Positions 31,021 to 39,557 of a stretch of 64,000 bases of DNA are shown here, in pieces; within the stretch, counting starts at the first letter, position 1; the number at the start of each line of letters is the position of its first letter. The notes beneath the pieces were generated by a model. It searched no databases and had not been told where the DNA came from. It saw only the letters and a program-made list of their open reading frames with translations. Both the position numbers and the translations under genes were made by a program. The stretch comes from Rhodocyclaceae bacterium (GTDB lineage Bacteria; Pseudomonadota; Gammaproteobacteria; Burkholderiales; Rhodocyclaceae), in NCBI GenBank assembly GCA_020445945.1, contig JAGRFQ010000028.1:28680-92679 (forward strand). The letters run 5' to 3'.

Positions 31021-32222
31021 GCGACGCCCTCCCGCAGGCCCTGGTCGACCATGCTGGCAGCTTGCTGGCCGAGTTGATGCAGTTCGAACACCCCGCCGAC
31101 CAGGTCGTGCAGTACTACACCAAGCGCCATCGCCGCCTCGGCGCGCGCGACCGCGCGCAGTTGGCCGACGTGGTTTTCGGCGTGCTGCGCCATCTGCGCC
31201 GGGTGCAGGCCGCGGCCACCGATGCGGGCGACGCCGATGTGTTGATCGCGGTGTGGCTGAGCGGTGCGTGGCAGCGCGTCGATGCGGCCGGCTTCGGTGC
31301 CGGTGTGGCCGCCGACATGCCGGACTGGCTGCTGGCCCGCTGGCCGTGGGCCGACACGCCGGCCGAGGCGCAGGCCATGGCCGAGGCCTTCAATCAGCCG
31401 GCGCCGCTCGATCTGCGGGTGAACGTGCTGCGCGGCAAACGCGACGCAGTGCGCGCTGCGCTGGCCGCCGATGGCATCGAAACCACGCCCGGGCGCTGGT
31501 CGCCGTTGGCCTTGCGGGTGGTCGGCAAGCCGGCGCTGCAGCGCCATCCGCTGATGGCTGACGGGAGCCTTGAAGTGCAGGACGAAGGCAGTCAACTGCT
31601 CGGCATGCTGGTCGGCGCGCGGCGCGGCGAGCTGGTGGTCGACTTCTGTGCCGGGGCAGGGGGCAAGAGCCTGCAGCTTGGCGCGACGATGCGCAACGCG
31701 GGCCGGGTGCATGCCTTCGACGTGTCGGCCGGGCGCTTGTCCGAACTCGCGCTGCGTGCCAAGCGCGGCGGGCTCTCCAATATCTTTCCGATGGCGATTG
31801 CCGACGAGCACGATCCGCGCCTGCAGCGCCTCGCCGGCAAGGCCGACCGGGTGCTGGTCGATGCGCCGTGCAGTGGGCTGGGCACCGTGCGCCGCGCCCC
31901 CGATCTGAAGTGGCGGTACCGCGCCGAGGACATCGCGCCGCGGGTGGCGGCACAGCAGTCGATTCTCGCCGCCGCGGCGGCGCTGGTGAAGCCGGGCGGG
32001 GTGTTGGTGTACGCCACGTGCAGCGTGCTGGCGGCCGAGAACGAAGCGGTGGTGGCGGATTTTCTGGCCACCCATCCGTCCTTTTCGCTCGATCCGGCGT
32101 TGCCGCTGCTCGCCCGGCAGGGCGCCGCGCTGCCACCCGATGCCCGCGACACCTTGCATCTCGATCCGCTGCACCATGCGACGGATGGTTTCTTCGCCGC
32201 GCGGATGGTGCGTCAGGCGTGA
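31017..32222 (+). CDS. RsmB/NOP-family SAM-dependent RNA m5C methyltransferase
   Basis: EVQDEGSQL, DFCAGAGGK, LVDAPCSGLG..RR.PD, VYATCS, DGFF; GTG start overlapping upstream stop. Confidence 0.92.
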   Translation: MSDALPQALVDHAGSLLAELMQFEHPADQVVQYYTKRHRRLGARDRAQLADVVFGVLRHLRRVQAAATDAGDADVLIAVWLSGAWQRVDAAGFGAGVAADMPDWLLARWPWADTPAEAQAMAEAFNQPAPLDLRVNVLRGKRDAVRAALAADGIETTPGRWSPLALRVVGKPALQRHPLMADGSLEVQDEGSQLLGMLVGARRGELVVDFCAGAGGKSLQLGATMRNAGRVHAFDVSAGRLSELALRAKRGGLSNIFPMAIADEHDPRLQRLAGKADRVLVDAPCSGLGTVRRAPDLKWRYRAEDIAPRVAAQQSILAAAAALVKPGGVLVYATCSVLAAENEAVVADFLATHPSFSLDPALPLLARQGAALPPDARDTLHLDPLHHATDGFFAARMVRQA

Positions 32223-32365
32223 CCGGGCGGTGATTTTCCTTTCGGCATCGATGCCCCGCACACGGACGGTGCTTGCCGCTGGCATGTTGCGCTGCAGCTT
32301 CAGGCGAGCGGCTCCGGTCACGTATAATCGTCCGGTTTTTGTCTGATTCAGGGATACGCGCTCGC

Positions 32366-33532
32366 ATGCTTTCCGGTCTGATTGATCTGCCCTGGTGGGG
32401 CTATGTCGTGGTGGCGCTCGGGCTGACGCACGTCACCATCGCGTCGGTCACCATTTTTCTCCATCGCCACCAAGCCCATCGCGCGCTGGAGCTGCACCCC
32501 ATCCCCAGCCATTTTTTCCGTTTCTGGCTGTGGCTGACCACCGGCATGGTGACCAAGCAGTGGGCGGCCATCCACCGCAAACACCACGCCAAGTGCGAGA
32601 CCGAGGAAGATCCGCACAGCCCGCAGACCCGTGGTCTGAGCAAGGTGCTGTGGGAGGGCGCCGAGCTCTACCAGATCGAGGCCAAGAACCAGGAGACCCT
32701 CGATCGCTACGGCCACGGCACGCCGGACGACTGGCTGGAGCGCAACATCTACGAGAACAACTCGGTCGGCATCGGCCTGATGCTGGTGATCGACGTGGTG
32801 CTCTTCGGCGCGGCCGGGCTCACCATCTGGGCGGTGCAGATGATGTGGATTCCGTTCTTCGCGGCCGGCGTCATCAACGGCATCGGCCACTACTGGGGCT
32901 ACCGCAATTTCAACTGCGTGGATGCGTCCACCAACCTCGTGCCGTGGGGCATCCTCATCGGCGGCGAAGAGCTGCACAACAACCACCACACCTTCGCCAC
33001 CTCGGCCAAGCTGTCGGCCAAGTGGTACGAGTTCGACATTGGCTGGATGTACATCTGTATCCTCCAGTTCTTCGGGCTGGCCAAGGCCAAGAAGGTGATT
33101 CCGACGCCGAAGTTCGGTGCGGCGCGCACCGTGCCCGACAGCGAGATGCTGCAAGTCATCATCACCCATCGCTACGATGTGATGACGCGCTACATGCGTG
33201 CCCTCAAGCAGACCTACCAAGAAGAGATCGACGCCTTGCTGCGCAAGCACAACGATACGTTCAAGGGGCGGGGCAGCGATCTGCGCCGGCTGGTGCTGTC
33301 CGACAATCTGGCCGCGGCCGAGGCAGCGCAGCGTGAAGCCGCGCTGGCGCACAGCGCACGGCTGACCACGCTGGAGACGATGCGCGCCGAACTCGCCGCC
33401 CTGTGGGCGCGTTCGTCGGCCTCCAAGGATCAACTCCTCGCCCAGTTGCACGACTGGCTGGAGCGCGCCGAAAAGAGCGGCATCGCGCAGTTGCAGGAGT
33501 TCTCCCACCGCCTGCGCTGCTACGCGGCCTGA
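32366..33532 (+). CDS. acyl-CoA/fatty acid delta-9 desaturase
   Basis: His boxes HRHQAH, HRKHH, HNNHH; TATAAT at 32323-32328 upstream. Confidence 0.93.
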   Translation: MLSGLIDLPWWGYVVVALGLTHVTIASVTIFLHRHQAHRALELHPIPSHFFRFWLWLTTGMVTKQWAAIHRKHHAKCETEEDPHSPQTRGLSKVLWEGAELYQIEAKNQETLDRYGHGTPDDWLERNIYENNSVGIGLMLVIDVVLFGAAGLTIWAVQMMWIPFFAAGVINGIGHYWGYRNFNCVDASTNLVPWGILIGGEELHNNHHTFATSAKLSAKWYEFDIGWMYICILQFFGLAKAKKVIPTPKFGAARTVPDSEMLQVIITHRYDVMTRYMRALKQTYQEEIDALLRKHNDTFKGRGSDLRRLVLSDNLAAAEAAQREAALAHSARLTTLETMRAELAALWARSSASKDQLLAQLHDWLERAEKSGIAQLQEFSHRLRCYAA

Positions 33533-33543
33533 CGCTGCCTCCG

Positions 33544-33570
33544 GATGCGCCGCGCGGGGTGCGGCGCATC
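33544..33570 (+). terminator. GC-rich hairpin after desaturase (possible terminator or stabiliser)
   Basis: GATGCGCCGC-gcggggt-GCGGCGCATC perfect 10-bp stem; no U-tract. Confidence 0.45.
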
Positions 33571-33576
33571 GATCCC

Positions 33577-34161
33577 ATGTCCCGCCTGTTGCTGTTCAAC
33601 AAGCCGTTCAACGTCTTGTGCCAGTTTTCGCCCGAGGGCGCGCGCGCGACGCTGAAAGACTACATCGACGTGCCGGCGGTGTATCCGGCCGGCCGGCTCG
33701 ACGCCGACAGCGAGGGGCTGCTGGTGCTGACCGATGATGGCGCGCTGCAGCACCGGATCGCCGACCCGCGCCACAAGGCGCCCAAAACCTATCTGGCGCA
33801 GGTCGAGGGGGCGGTGACGCCGGCGGCGATCGCCGCGCTGTGCGCGGGGGTCGATCTGGGCGACTTCCGCACCCGCCCCGCGCAGGTGCGCGCGGTGGCC
33901 GAGCCCGCCTGGTTGTGGCCGCGCACGCCGCCGATCCGCGAACGCAAGCACATCCCCACCAGCTGGCTGGAGCTGGTGCTGCGCGAGGGCAAGAACCGTC
34001 AGGTGCGGCGCATGACCGCCCGCGTCGGCCACCCGACCCTGCGTCTGATCCGCACCGCCATCGGCGACTGGCGCCTCGCCGGTCTGGCGCCCGGGCAGTG
34101 GCGTGAAGCCGCCGTGCCGGGCCCGGCCCCCGTGCGGCGGGCTCGGCGTCGTGACATATGA
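33577..34161 (+). CDS. rluE: RluE-like rRNA pseudouridine synthase
   Basis: [55 protein letters not shown]. Confidence 0.85.
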   Translation: MSRLLLFNKPFNVLCQFSPEGARATLKDYIDVPAVYPAGRLDADSEGLLVLTDDGALQHRIADPRHKAPKTYLAQVEGAVTPAAIAALCAGVDLGDFRTRPAQVRAVAEPAWLWPRTPPIRERKHIPTSWLELVLREGKNRQVRRMTARVGHPTLRLIRTAIGDWRLAGLAPGQWREAAVPGPAPVRRARRRDI

Positions 34162-34206
34162 ATACGCTATGCTTGGCCTCGCGCCGGGCTCAACAAGGAT
34201 TGTTTT

Positions 34207-36033
34207 GTGACCGAACACATCATTGAGCTGCTTGCCGGCGTCGCTGTTCTGGGCGGCGCGTGCCAGTGGCTTGCCTGGCAGATGCGTCTGCCGGCGATCC
34301 TGTTTCTGCTCCTTGCCGGCATTTTTGTCGGCCCGGTGGCGGGCTGGCTCGACCCCGACGCGCTGCTCGGCGATCTGCTCTTTCCCTTCGTATCGCTGGC
34401 GGTCTCGGTGATTCTGTTCGAAGGCAGCCTGACCCTCAAGTTCGCAGAAATCCGGGGGCTCGAAAAGGTCGTCCGCCGTTTTGTCACCACCGGCATGCTC
34501 ACCACGTGGTTCATCACCACGCTGGCGACGCGCTGGCTGGCTGATTTTTCGTGGGGCATGTCGATGCTCTTTGGCGCAATGATGGTGGTCACCGGGCCGA
34601 CCGTGATCGTGCCCATGCTGCGCACCGTTCGCCCGACCGCCAAGGTGGCCAGCATCCTGCGCTGGGAAGGGATCATCATCGACCCGATCGGCGCCTTGCT
34701 GGCGGTGCTGGTCTACGAATTCCTGATCTCGTCCGGTCAGGGCGCCGCCTGGGTCGATACCCTGCAGACTTTCCTCAAGCTGATCCTGTCCGGCGCGCTG
34801 GTGGGTATCGCCATCGGCTATCTGCTGGGCGAGGCGCTGCGTCGCGACTGGCTGCCGCATTACCTCTTCAACGTCGCCACAATGGCCGCCGTGATGGGCG
34901 CTTTCGCGCTCTCCAACGCGCTGGCGATGGAATCCGGCCTGCTCGCGGTGACGGTGATGGGCATCTATCTGGCCAACCGCAAGGGCGTGCCGGTCGATGA
35001 GATTCTGGCCTTCAAGGAAAGTCTCAGCCTGCTGCTGATTACCGCGCTGTTCATCCTGCTCGCGGCGCGACTCGATCTGGGCCTGCTCAGGGAGCTGGGC
35101 TGGGTGTCGGTGCAGATTTTTCTGGTGCTGCAGTTCGTGGCGCGGCCGCTCAAGGTTTTGTTGACCACGCGCGGCTCCAGCCTCACCTGGCGCGAGCGCG
35201 CATTGCTGGGCTGGATCGCGCCGCGTGGTATTGTCGCCGCCGCGGTGATGGCCCTGTTCTCGCTGCAGCTCACCCAAAAAGGCTTTGCCGACGCCGAGAT
35301 GCTGGTGCCGCTGACCTTCGTCATCATCATCGGCACGGTGGTGTTGCAGAGCCTGACCGCGGGGCCGCTGGCGCGTTTGCTGAAAGTGGCCGAGCCGGGC
35401 TCGGGCGGCTTTCTCATCGTCGGTGCCAACCCGCTGGCGCGCGCCATCGCCAAGGCGCTGGTGCAGCAGGATGTGTCGGTGCGCCTGACCGACACTCTGT
35501 GGGACAACGTCAGCCGGGCGCGCATGGCCGGCCTGAAGACCTACTACGGCAATCCGCTGTCGGAGCACGCCGAGGTCTACCTCGACACCGCCGGGCTCGG
35601 CCGGGTGCTGGCGCTGACCGCCGACGAGCACCTCAACGAACTGGCGTGCACCCGCTTCAAGGCCTATTTCGGCCCCAAGCGCGCGTTCGCGCTGCGGGTC
35701 AGCCCACTCGAAAAAGGGCGCAAGACGGTGTCGTCGGGGCGCGGGCAGTGGGCGTTTGGGGATACGGCCAATTTCGTCGATCTGTCGCGCCGGGTGGCGC
35801 GTGGCGCGGAGATCCGCCAGACCAACATCAGCGAGGCCTTCACCTTCGAGCAGTTCGTCGACAAGTACGGCGAGCGCGCCACGCCGCTGTTCGCAGTCGA
35901 TCAGAAGTCGCGGGTCGAGGTCTTCACCACCGACAACACCTTCGTGCCCAAGGCGGGGTGGGTGGTGCTGGCGCTGGTCGATCCGGAGCGCGAAGATGCG
36001 CGTCGCGCACCGGCCAAGGCTGTATCGCGCTGA
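34207..36033 (+). CDS. CPA1/NhaP-type Na+/H+ antiporter with C-terminal NAD-binding-like domain
   Basis: ILFEGSL, VTGPTVI.P, WEGIIIDPIGA, APRGIVAAA. Confidence 0.9.
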   Translation: MTEHIIELLAGVAVLGGACQWLAWQMRLPAILFLLLAGIFVGPVAGWLDPDALLGDLLFPFVSLAVSVILFEGSLTLKFAEIRGLEKVVRRFVTTGMLTTWFITTLATRWLADFSWGMSMLFGAMMVVTGPTVIVPMLRTVRPTAKVASILRWEGIIIDPIGALLAVLVYEFLISSGQGAAWVDTLQTFLKLILSGALVGIAIGYLLGEALRRDWLPHYLFNVATMAAVMGAFALSNALAMESGLLAVTVMGIYLANRKGVPVDEILAFKESLSLLLITALFILLAARLDLGLLRELGWVSVQIFLVLQFVARPLKVLLTTRGSSLTWRERALLGWIAPRGIVAAAVMALFSLQLTQKGFADAEMLVPLTFVIIIGTVVLQSLTAGPLARLLKVAEPGSGGFLIVGANPLARAIAKALVQQDVSVRLTDTLWDNVSRARMAGLKTYYGNPLSEHAEVYLDTAGLGRVLALTADEHLNELACTRFKAYFGPKRAFALRVSPLEKGRKTVSSGRGQWAFGDTANFVDLSRRVARGAEIRQTNISEAFTFEQFVDKYGERATPLFAVDQKSRVEVFTTDNTFVPKAGWVVLALVDPEREDARRAPAKAVSR

Positions 36034-36666
36034 TCAAGCGTCGAGCACGCGGGCGCGGCTCTGCTGCGGCAGGTGCTGGACCAGAAAATCCATCTGGTCG
36101 GCGAGGATGTTGCGGTTCGAGAGGATCAGATACTCGGCCTTGTTGGGCACGTAGGGCGCATACAGCAGCGCCATCCCGGCCTGCTCGGGGCGCCGGTTGT
36201 CCTTGCGCTGATTGCAGGCGCGGCACGCGGTGACCACGTTCATCCACACATCGCGCCCGCCGCGGGAGACCGGCTGGATGTGATCGCGGGTGAGCTGGCC
36301 GCCGGCCAGCGTGGCACTGCAGTAGGCGCAGGTGTGGCGGTCGCGGCGGAACAGTTCGCGATTGCTCAGCGGGGGAATCTGGCGCAGGCTGGCCGGGCGC
36401 AGGGCGCGCCCCTTGATGGCGATGATGCTCTGGCTGCTGAGCTGCGAACGCTCGCCGGTGAGGCGGCTGGTGCCACCGAAAATCATGAAGGCCTGTTCAC
36501 CCACCGACCACGCCACCATGTCGCGGGCATGATAGGTGCACGCCGCCTGCCAGCTCACCCAGCGATGCGGCCGGCCATTGACGTCGAGGGTCAGAATCCA
36601 CGGCCTGCGATGGGGTACGCCGCCCGGGCCGTGGTCCAAACCGTCGAGAGCTTCCATGATTCGCAT
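36034..36666 (-). CDS. HNH endonuclease
   Basis: RD..TCAYC, TRDHIQP.SRGG.D.W.NVVTAC..CN.RK. Confidence 0.9.
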   Translation of the reverse strand: MRIMEALDGLDHGPGGVPHRRPWILTLDVNGRPHRWVSWQAACTYHARDMVAWSVGEQAFMIFGGTSRLTGERSQLSSQSIIAIKGRALRPASLRQIPPLSNRELFRRDRHTCAYCSATLAGGQLTRDHIQPVSRGGRDVWMNVVTACRACNQRKDNRRPEQAGMALLYAPYVPNKAEYLILSNRNILADQMDFLVQHLPQQSRARVLDA

Positions 36667-36778
36667 TGCCTTCCCCCGTTGCGTCGCTCCGGTATTGTGC
36701 GCTCTGGCGGCGTTTCAATCCAAGTCGAGATGTGCCTGATCGCACCGTCCCGAAAGGCTTTGAGCGCCGCCCCGGGGC

Positions 36779-37336
36779 TTAGGTTCCATTGCCGGTGAGT
36801 GGTGCGCTGATGTCGAGATCGGCACTGTGAAAGCCGAACTGCGCGGCGCGCCGATCGTCGAAGAAATGTTGCAGAGTGAGGCTCACCGAGCGAAACGCGA
36901 GCGCTTCCCACGGGATGTCGGCTTCATCGAACAAGGCCACGTCGAGCGACTCTGCGCCGGCCGCGAATTCGGGACGCAGCAGGCGGGCGCGATAGAACAG
37001 GTGCACCTGGCTGATGTGGGGGATGTTGATCATCGAGAAGGGCGCGTCGATGGCGATCTCGGCGCAGGCCTCTTCGCGCGTTTCGCGTGCCGCCGCCTCG
37101 GCGGTGGTCTCCTTGTTTTCCATGAACCCGGCCGGCAGCGTCCACTTGCCGTGGCGCGGCTCGATTGCCCGCCGGCACAGCAGCACCCGCTCGCCCCACA
37201 CGGCCACGGCACCGACCACGAGCTTGGGATTCTGGTAGTGGATCTCGCCGCAGGCATCGCACACATGGCGCAGTGCGGTGTCGCCTTGCGGAATCCGCAA
37301 ATTGACCGTGGCACCGCAGGCGGAACAGAAATTCAT
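36779..37336 (-). CDS. NUDIX hydrolase with N-terminal Zn ribbon
   Basis: CSACG...C.ACG.IHYQNP; Nudix box GFMENKETTAEAAARETREE. Confidence 0.92.
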   Translation of the reverse strand: MNFCSACGATVNLRIPQGDTALRHVCDACGEIHYQNPKLVVGAVAVWGERVLLCRRAIEPRHGKWTLPAGFMENKETTAEAAARETREEACAEIAIDAPFSMINIPHISQVHLFYRARLLRPEFAAGAESLDVALFDEADIPWEALAFRSVSLTLQHFFDDRRAAQFGFHSADLDISAPLTGNGT

Positions 37337-37396
37337 GGCGTCCTCCAGAACTCACGCATTCTAGCAGGCGCACTGTTTCACCACGGTGGATACGGC

Positions 37397-37423
37397 TCAA
37401 GTTTCCGGGGACTATGACGTTAG
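37397..37423 (+). promoter_or_regulatory. sigma28 promoter of HDOD-REC-GGDEF gene
   Basis: TCAA-gtttccggggactat (N15)-GACGTTAG. Confidence 0.6.
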
Positions 37424-37480
37424 TGAAAAAAAGAAACGCGCCGGGCACCACACCTCCGCCGACAGGGATCGCCGACGTAC

Positions 37481-39544
37481 ATGTCTCCACCGATTGATAT
37501 CACCAAGTTCGAGCACCTGAAGGCCTCGGGAGACTTGCCGTCGCCCAAGGGCGTGGCGCTGGCGATCATTCGCCTGACGCGCAAGGACGATTTGTCGCTG
37601 GCCGAGCTGGCGCGGGTGATCAAGACCGACCCGGCCTTCGTCGGGCGCCTGGTCAAGTCGGCCAACAGCGCCGGGGTTGGCGCCCGCCGGCCGATTGCCT
37701 CGGTGCAGGATGCGCTGATGGTGCTGGGCTTGCCGGCGGTGCGCAACATGGCGCTGGGCTTCTCGCTGCTGTCCAACTACCGCAACGGCGGCTGCGCCAA
37801 CTTCAATTACGAACGCTATTGGTCGGGCGCGCTGGTGATGGCGCTGGCGGCGCAGGCCATCGGCCAGCGGGTGCACTGCGCCGCGGCGGATGAAATGTTC
37901 TGCCTCGGCTTGTTGAGCCGGGTCGGCGAACTCGCGCTGGCCACGCTCTATCCCAAGGAATACAGCGCCGTGCTTGTCGAAGCCGGGGCGAGCGGGGGCG
38001 GCCTTGTCGCGCGCGAGCAGCAGGCTTTTGCGATGAACCACCGCGAGCTGACGGCGGTCATGCTCGCCGATTGGGGTTTGCCGAAGCTGTTCTTCGAGCC
38101 GGCTGCCTATTTCGAGGTGCCGGACGAGGCGCCCTTTGGCGAGGGCAGCCGTGGCGCGCAGATCGTCGCCGCGCTCAGCCTCGCCGACACGATTTGCGCG
38201 CTGTGCATGGCCGAGCCGGCGGCGCGGCACGCCCTGATCGAAACCCTGTATCTGCGTGGGCAGTGCCTGTCGCTGGATGAGGAGACGCTCAACGCGATGT
38301 GCGACCAGGTGGTCGAGGAGTGGGGCGAGTGGGGGCGGATGCTGCGCGTGGCGACCCACGCCGTGCCGCCGCTGGCCAGCGTCGCGGCGAGCGCTGCAAC
38401 GTCGGCGGGCACGGTCCGCCACGAGGGCCGCGACGGGGTGGTCGCGGCCGAGGCGCCGGTGATCGCCCGCCCCAAGGGGGCTGCAGCGATGCGCGTGGTG
38501 GTGGTCGATGACGACGGGGAGGTGCGTCGCACCCTGCGCGGGCTGCTCGAACGGGCCGGGCATCTGGTGTTCGAGGCCGACAACGGGCGCCACGGCATGG
38601 AGCTGGCGCTGGAGGTGCAGCCGCAGATGATGCTGGTCGACGCCAACATGCCTGAGATGGGCGGGCTGGATCTGACCCGCGCGCTGCGCCAGACGCGTAT
38701 CGGACGCACCATCTATATTTTGCTGCTGACCTCGCTGGAAGATGAAGAGCGCTTGATCGAGGCCTTTGAGAACGGCGTCGACGATTTCGTTGCCAAGCCG
38801 ATTCGTCCGCGCGTGCTGGCGGCGCGCCTGCGCGCGGGCCATCGGGTCATTCGGCTGCAGCAGGAGGTCGAGCGCGAGCGCGAGGAGATCCGGCGCTTTG
38901 CCGCCGAGCTGGCGGTGACCAACCGGCGGTTGCAGGAGGTGGCGCTCACCGATCAGCTCACCGGCTTCCCGAACCGGCGCTATGCCATCGAGCGTATCGA
39001 ACAGGAGTGGGCCAGCGCGACGCGCTCGCGCCGTCCGCTGTCGTGCATGGTCATCGACATCGACGAGTTCAAGCAGATCAACGACACCTATGGGCACGAT
39101 GTTGGCGATACCGTGCTGCGCCAGGCGTCGATTGCGATCAAGAATGGCCTGCGTTCGCAGGACGTGGTTGCGCGTACCGGCGGCGACGAGTTTCTGGTGC
39201 TGTGCCCGGACACCGAGCTGGGTGCCGCGCTGCGCTGTGCCGAGCGTCTGCGTCAGTCGGTGCATGCAGCCAAGGTGCTTGCCGGCGGGGTGAAGCTGCG
39301 CGTGTCGGTGAGCGTGGGGGTGGCCCAGCGCGACAAGAGCATGAACGATGCCGATGCGATGGTGAAGCGTGCAGACCAGGGCGCTTACGTTGCCAAGGCG
39401 CAGGGGCGCAACAAGGTGTCGAGTGTGCAGCTGAGCGCGGTTGCCGATCCGCCGGGGGTCGTCAAAAAGTCACAAATCCAGCCGATGGGCGGCGCTCAAG
39501 TTGATGTCCCGCCTACCGCTAAAGTGAAACAGTCGCCCCAGTGA
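37481..39544 (+). CDS. HDOD-REC-GGDEF diguanylate cyclase
   Basis: HDOD (LPSP, DPAFVGRLVK.AN), REC (VVDDD, DANMP, KP), GGDEF with RSQD I-site and RTGGDEF. Confidence 0.9.
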   Translation: MSPPIDITKFEHLKASGDLPSPKGVALAIIRLTRKDDLSLAELARVIKTDPAFVGRLVKSANSAGVGARRPIASVQDALMVLGLPAVRNMALGFSLLSNYRNGGCANFNYERYWSGALVMALAAQAIGQRVHCAAADEMFCLGLLSRVGELALATLYPKEYSAVLVEAGASGGGLVAREQQAFAMNHRELTAVMLADWGLPKLFFEPAAYFEVPDEAPFGEGSRGAQIVAALSLADTICALCMAEPAARHALIETLYLRGQCLSLDEETLNAMCDQVVEEWGEWGRMLRVATHAVPPLASVAASAATSAGTVRHEGRDGVVAAEAPVIARPKGAAAMRVVVVDDDGEVRRTLRGLLERAGHLVFEADNGRHGMELALEVQPQMMLVDANMPEMGGLDLTRALRQTRIGRTIYILLLTSLEDEERLIEAFENGVDDFVAKPIRPRVLAARLRAGHRVIRLQQEVEREREEIRRFAAELAVTNRRLQEVALTDQLTGFPNRRYAIERIEQEWASATRSRRPLSCMVIDIDEFKQINDTYGHDVGDTVLRQASIAIKNGLRSQDVVARTGGDEFLVLCPDTELGAALRCAERLRQSVHAAKVLAGGVKLRVSVSVGVAQRDKSMNDADAMVKRADQGAYVAKAQGRNKVSSVQLSAVADPPGVVKKSQIQPMGGAQVDVPPTAKVKQSPQ
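39496..39522 (+). promoter_or_regulatory. sigma28-type promoter inside the 3' end of the DGC gene, for the EAL gene
   Basis: TCAA-gttgatgtcccgcct (N15)-ACCGCTAA. Confidence 0.5.
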
Positions 39545-39557
39545 GTCATCGCTGATC

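Noticed and set aside
36712-36722. GTTTCAATCCA, identical to the end of type I-C-like CRISPR repeats, next to the HNH gene
   Set aside because: Single 11-bp occurrence; no second repeat, spacer periodicity or cas genes in the window.
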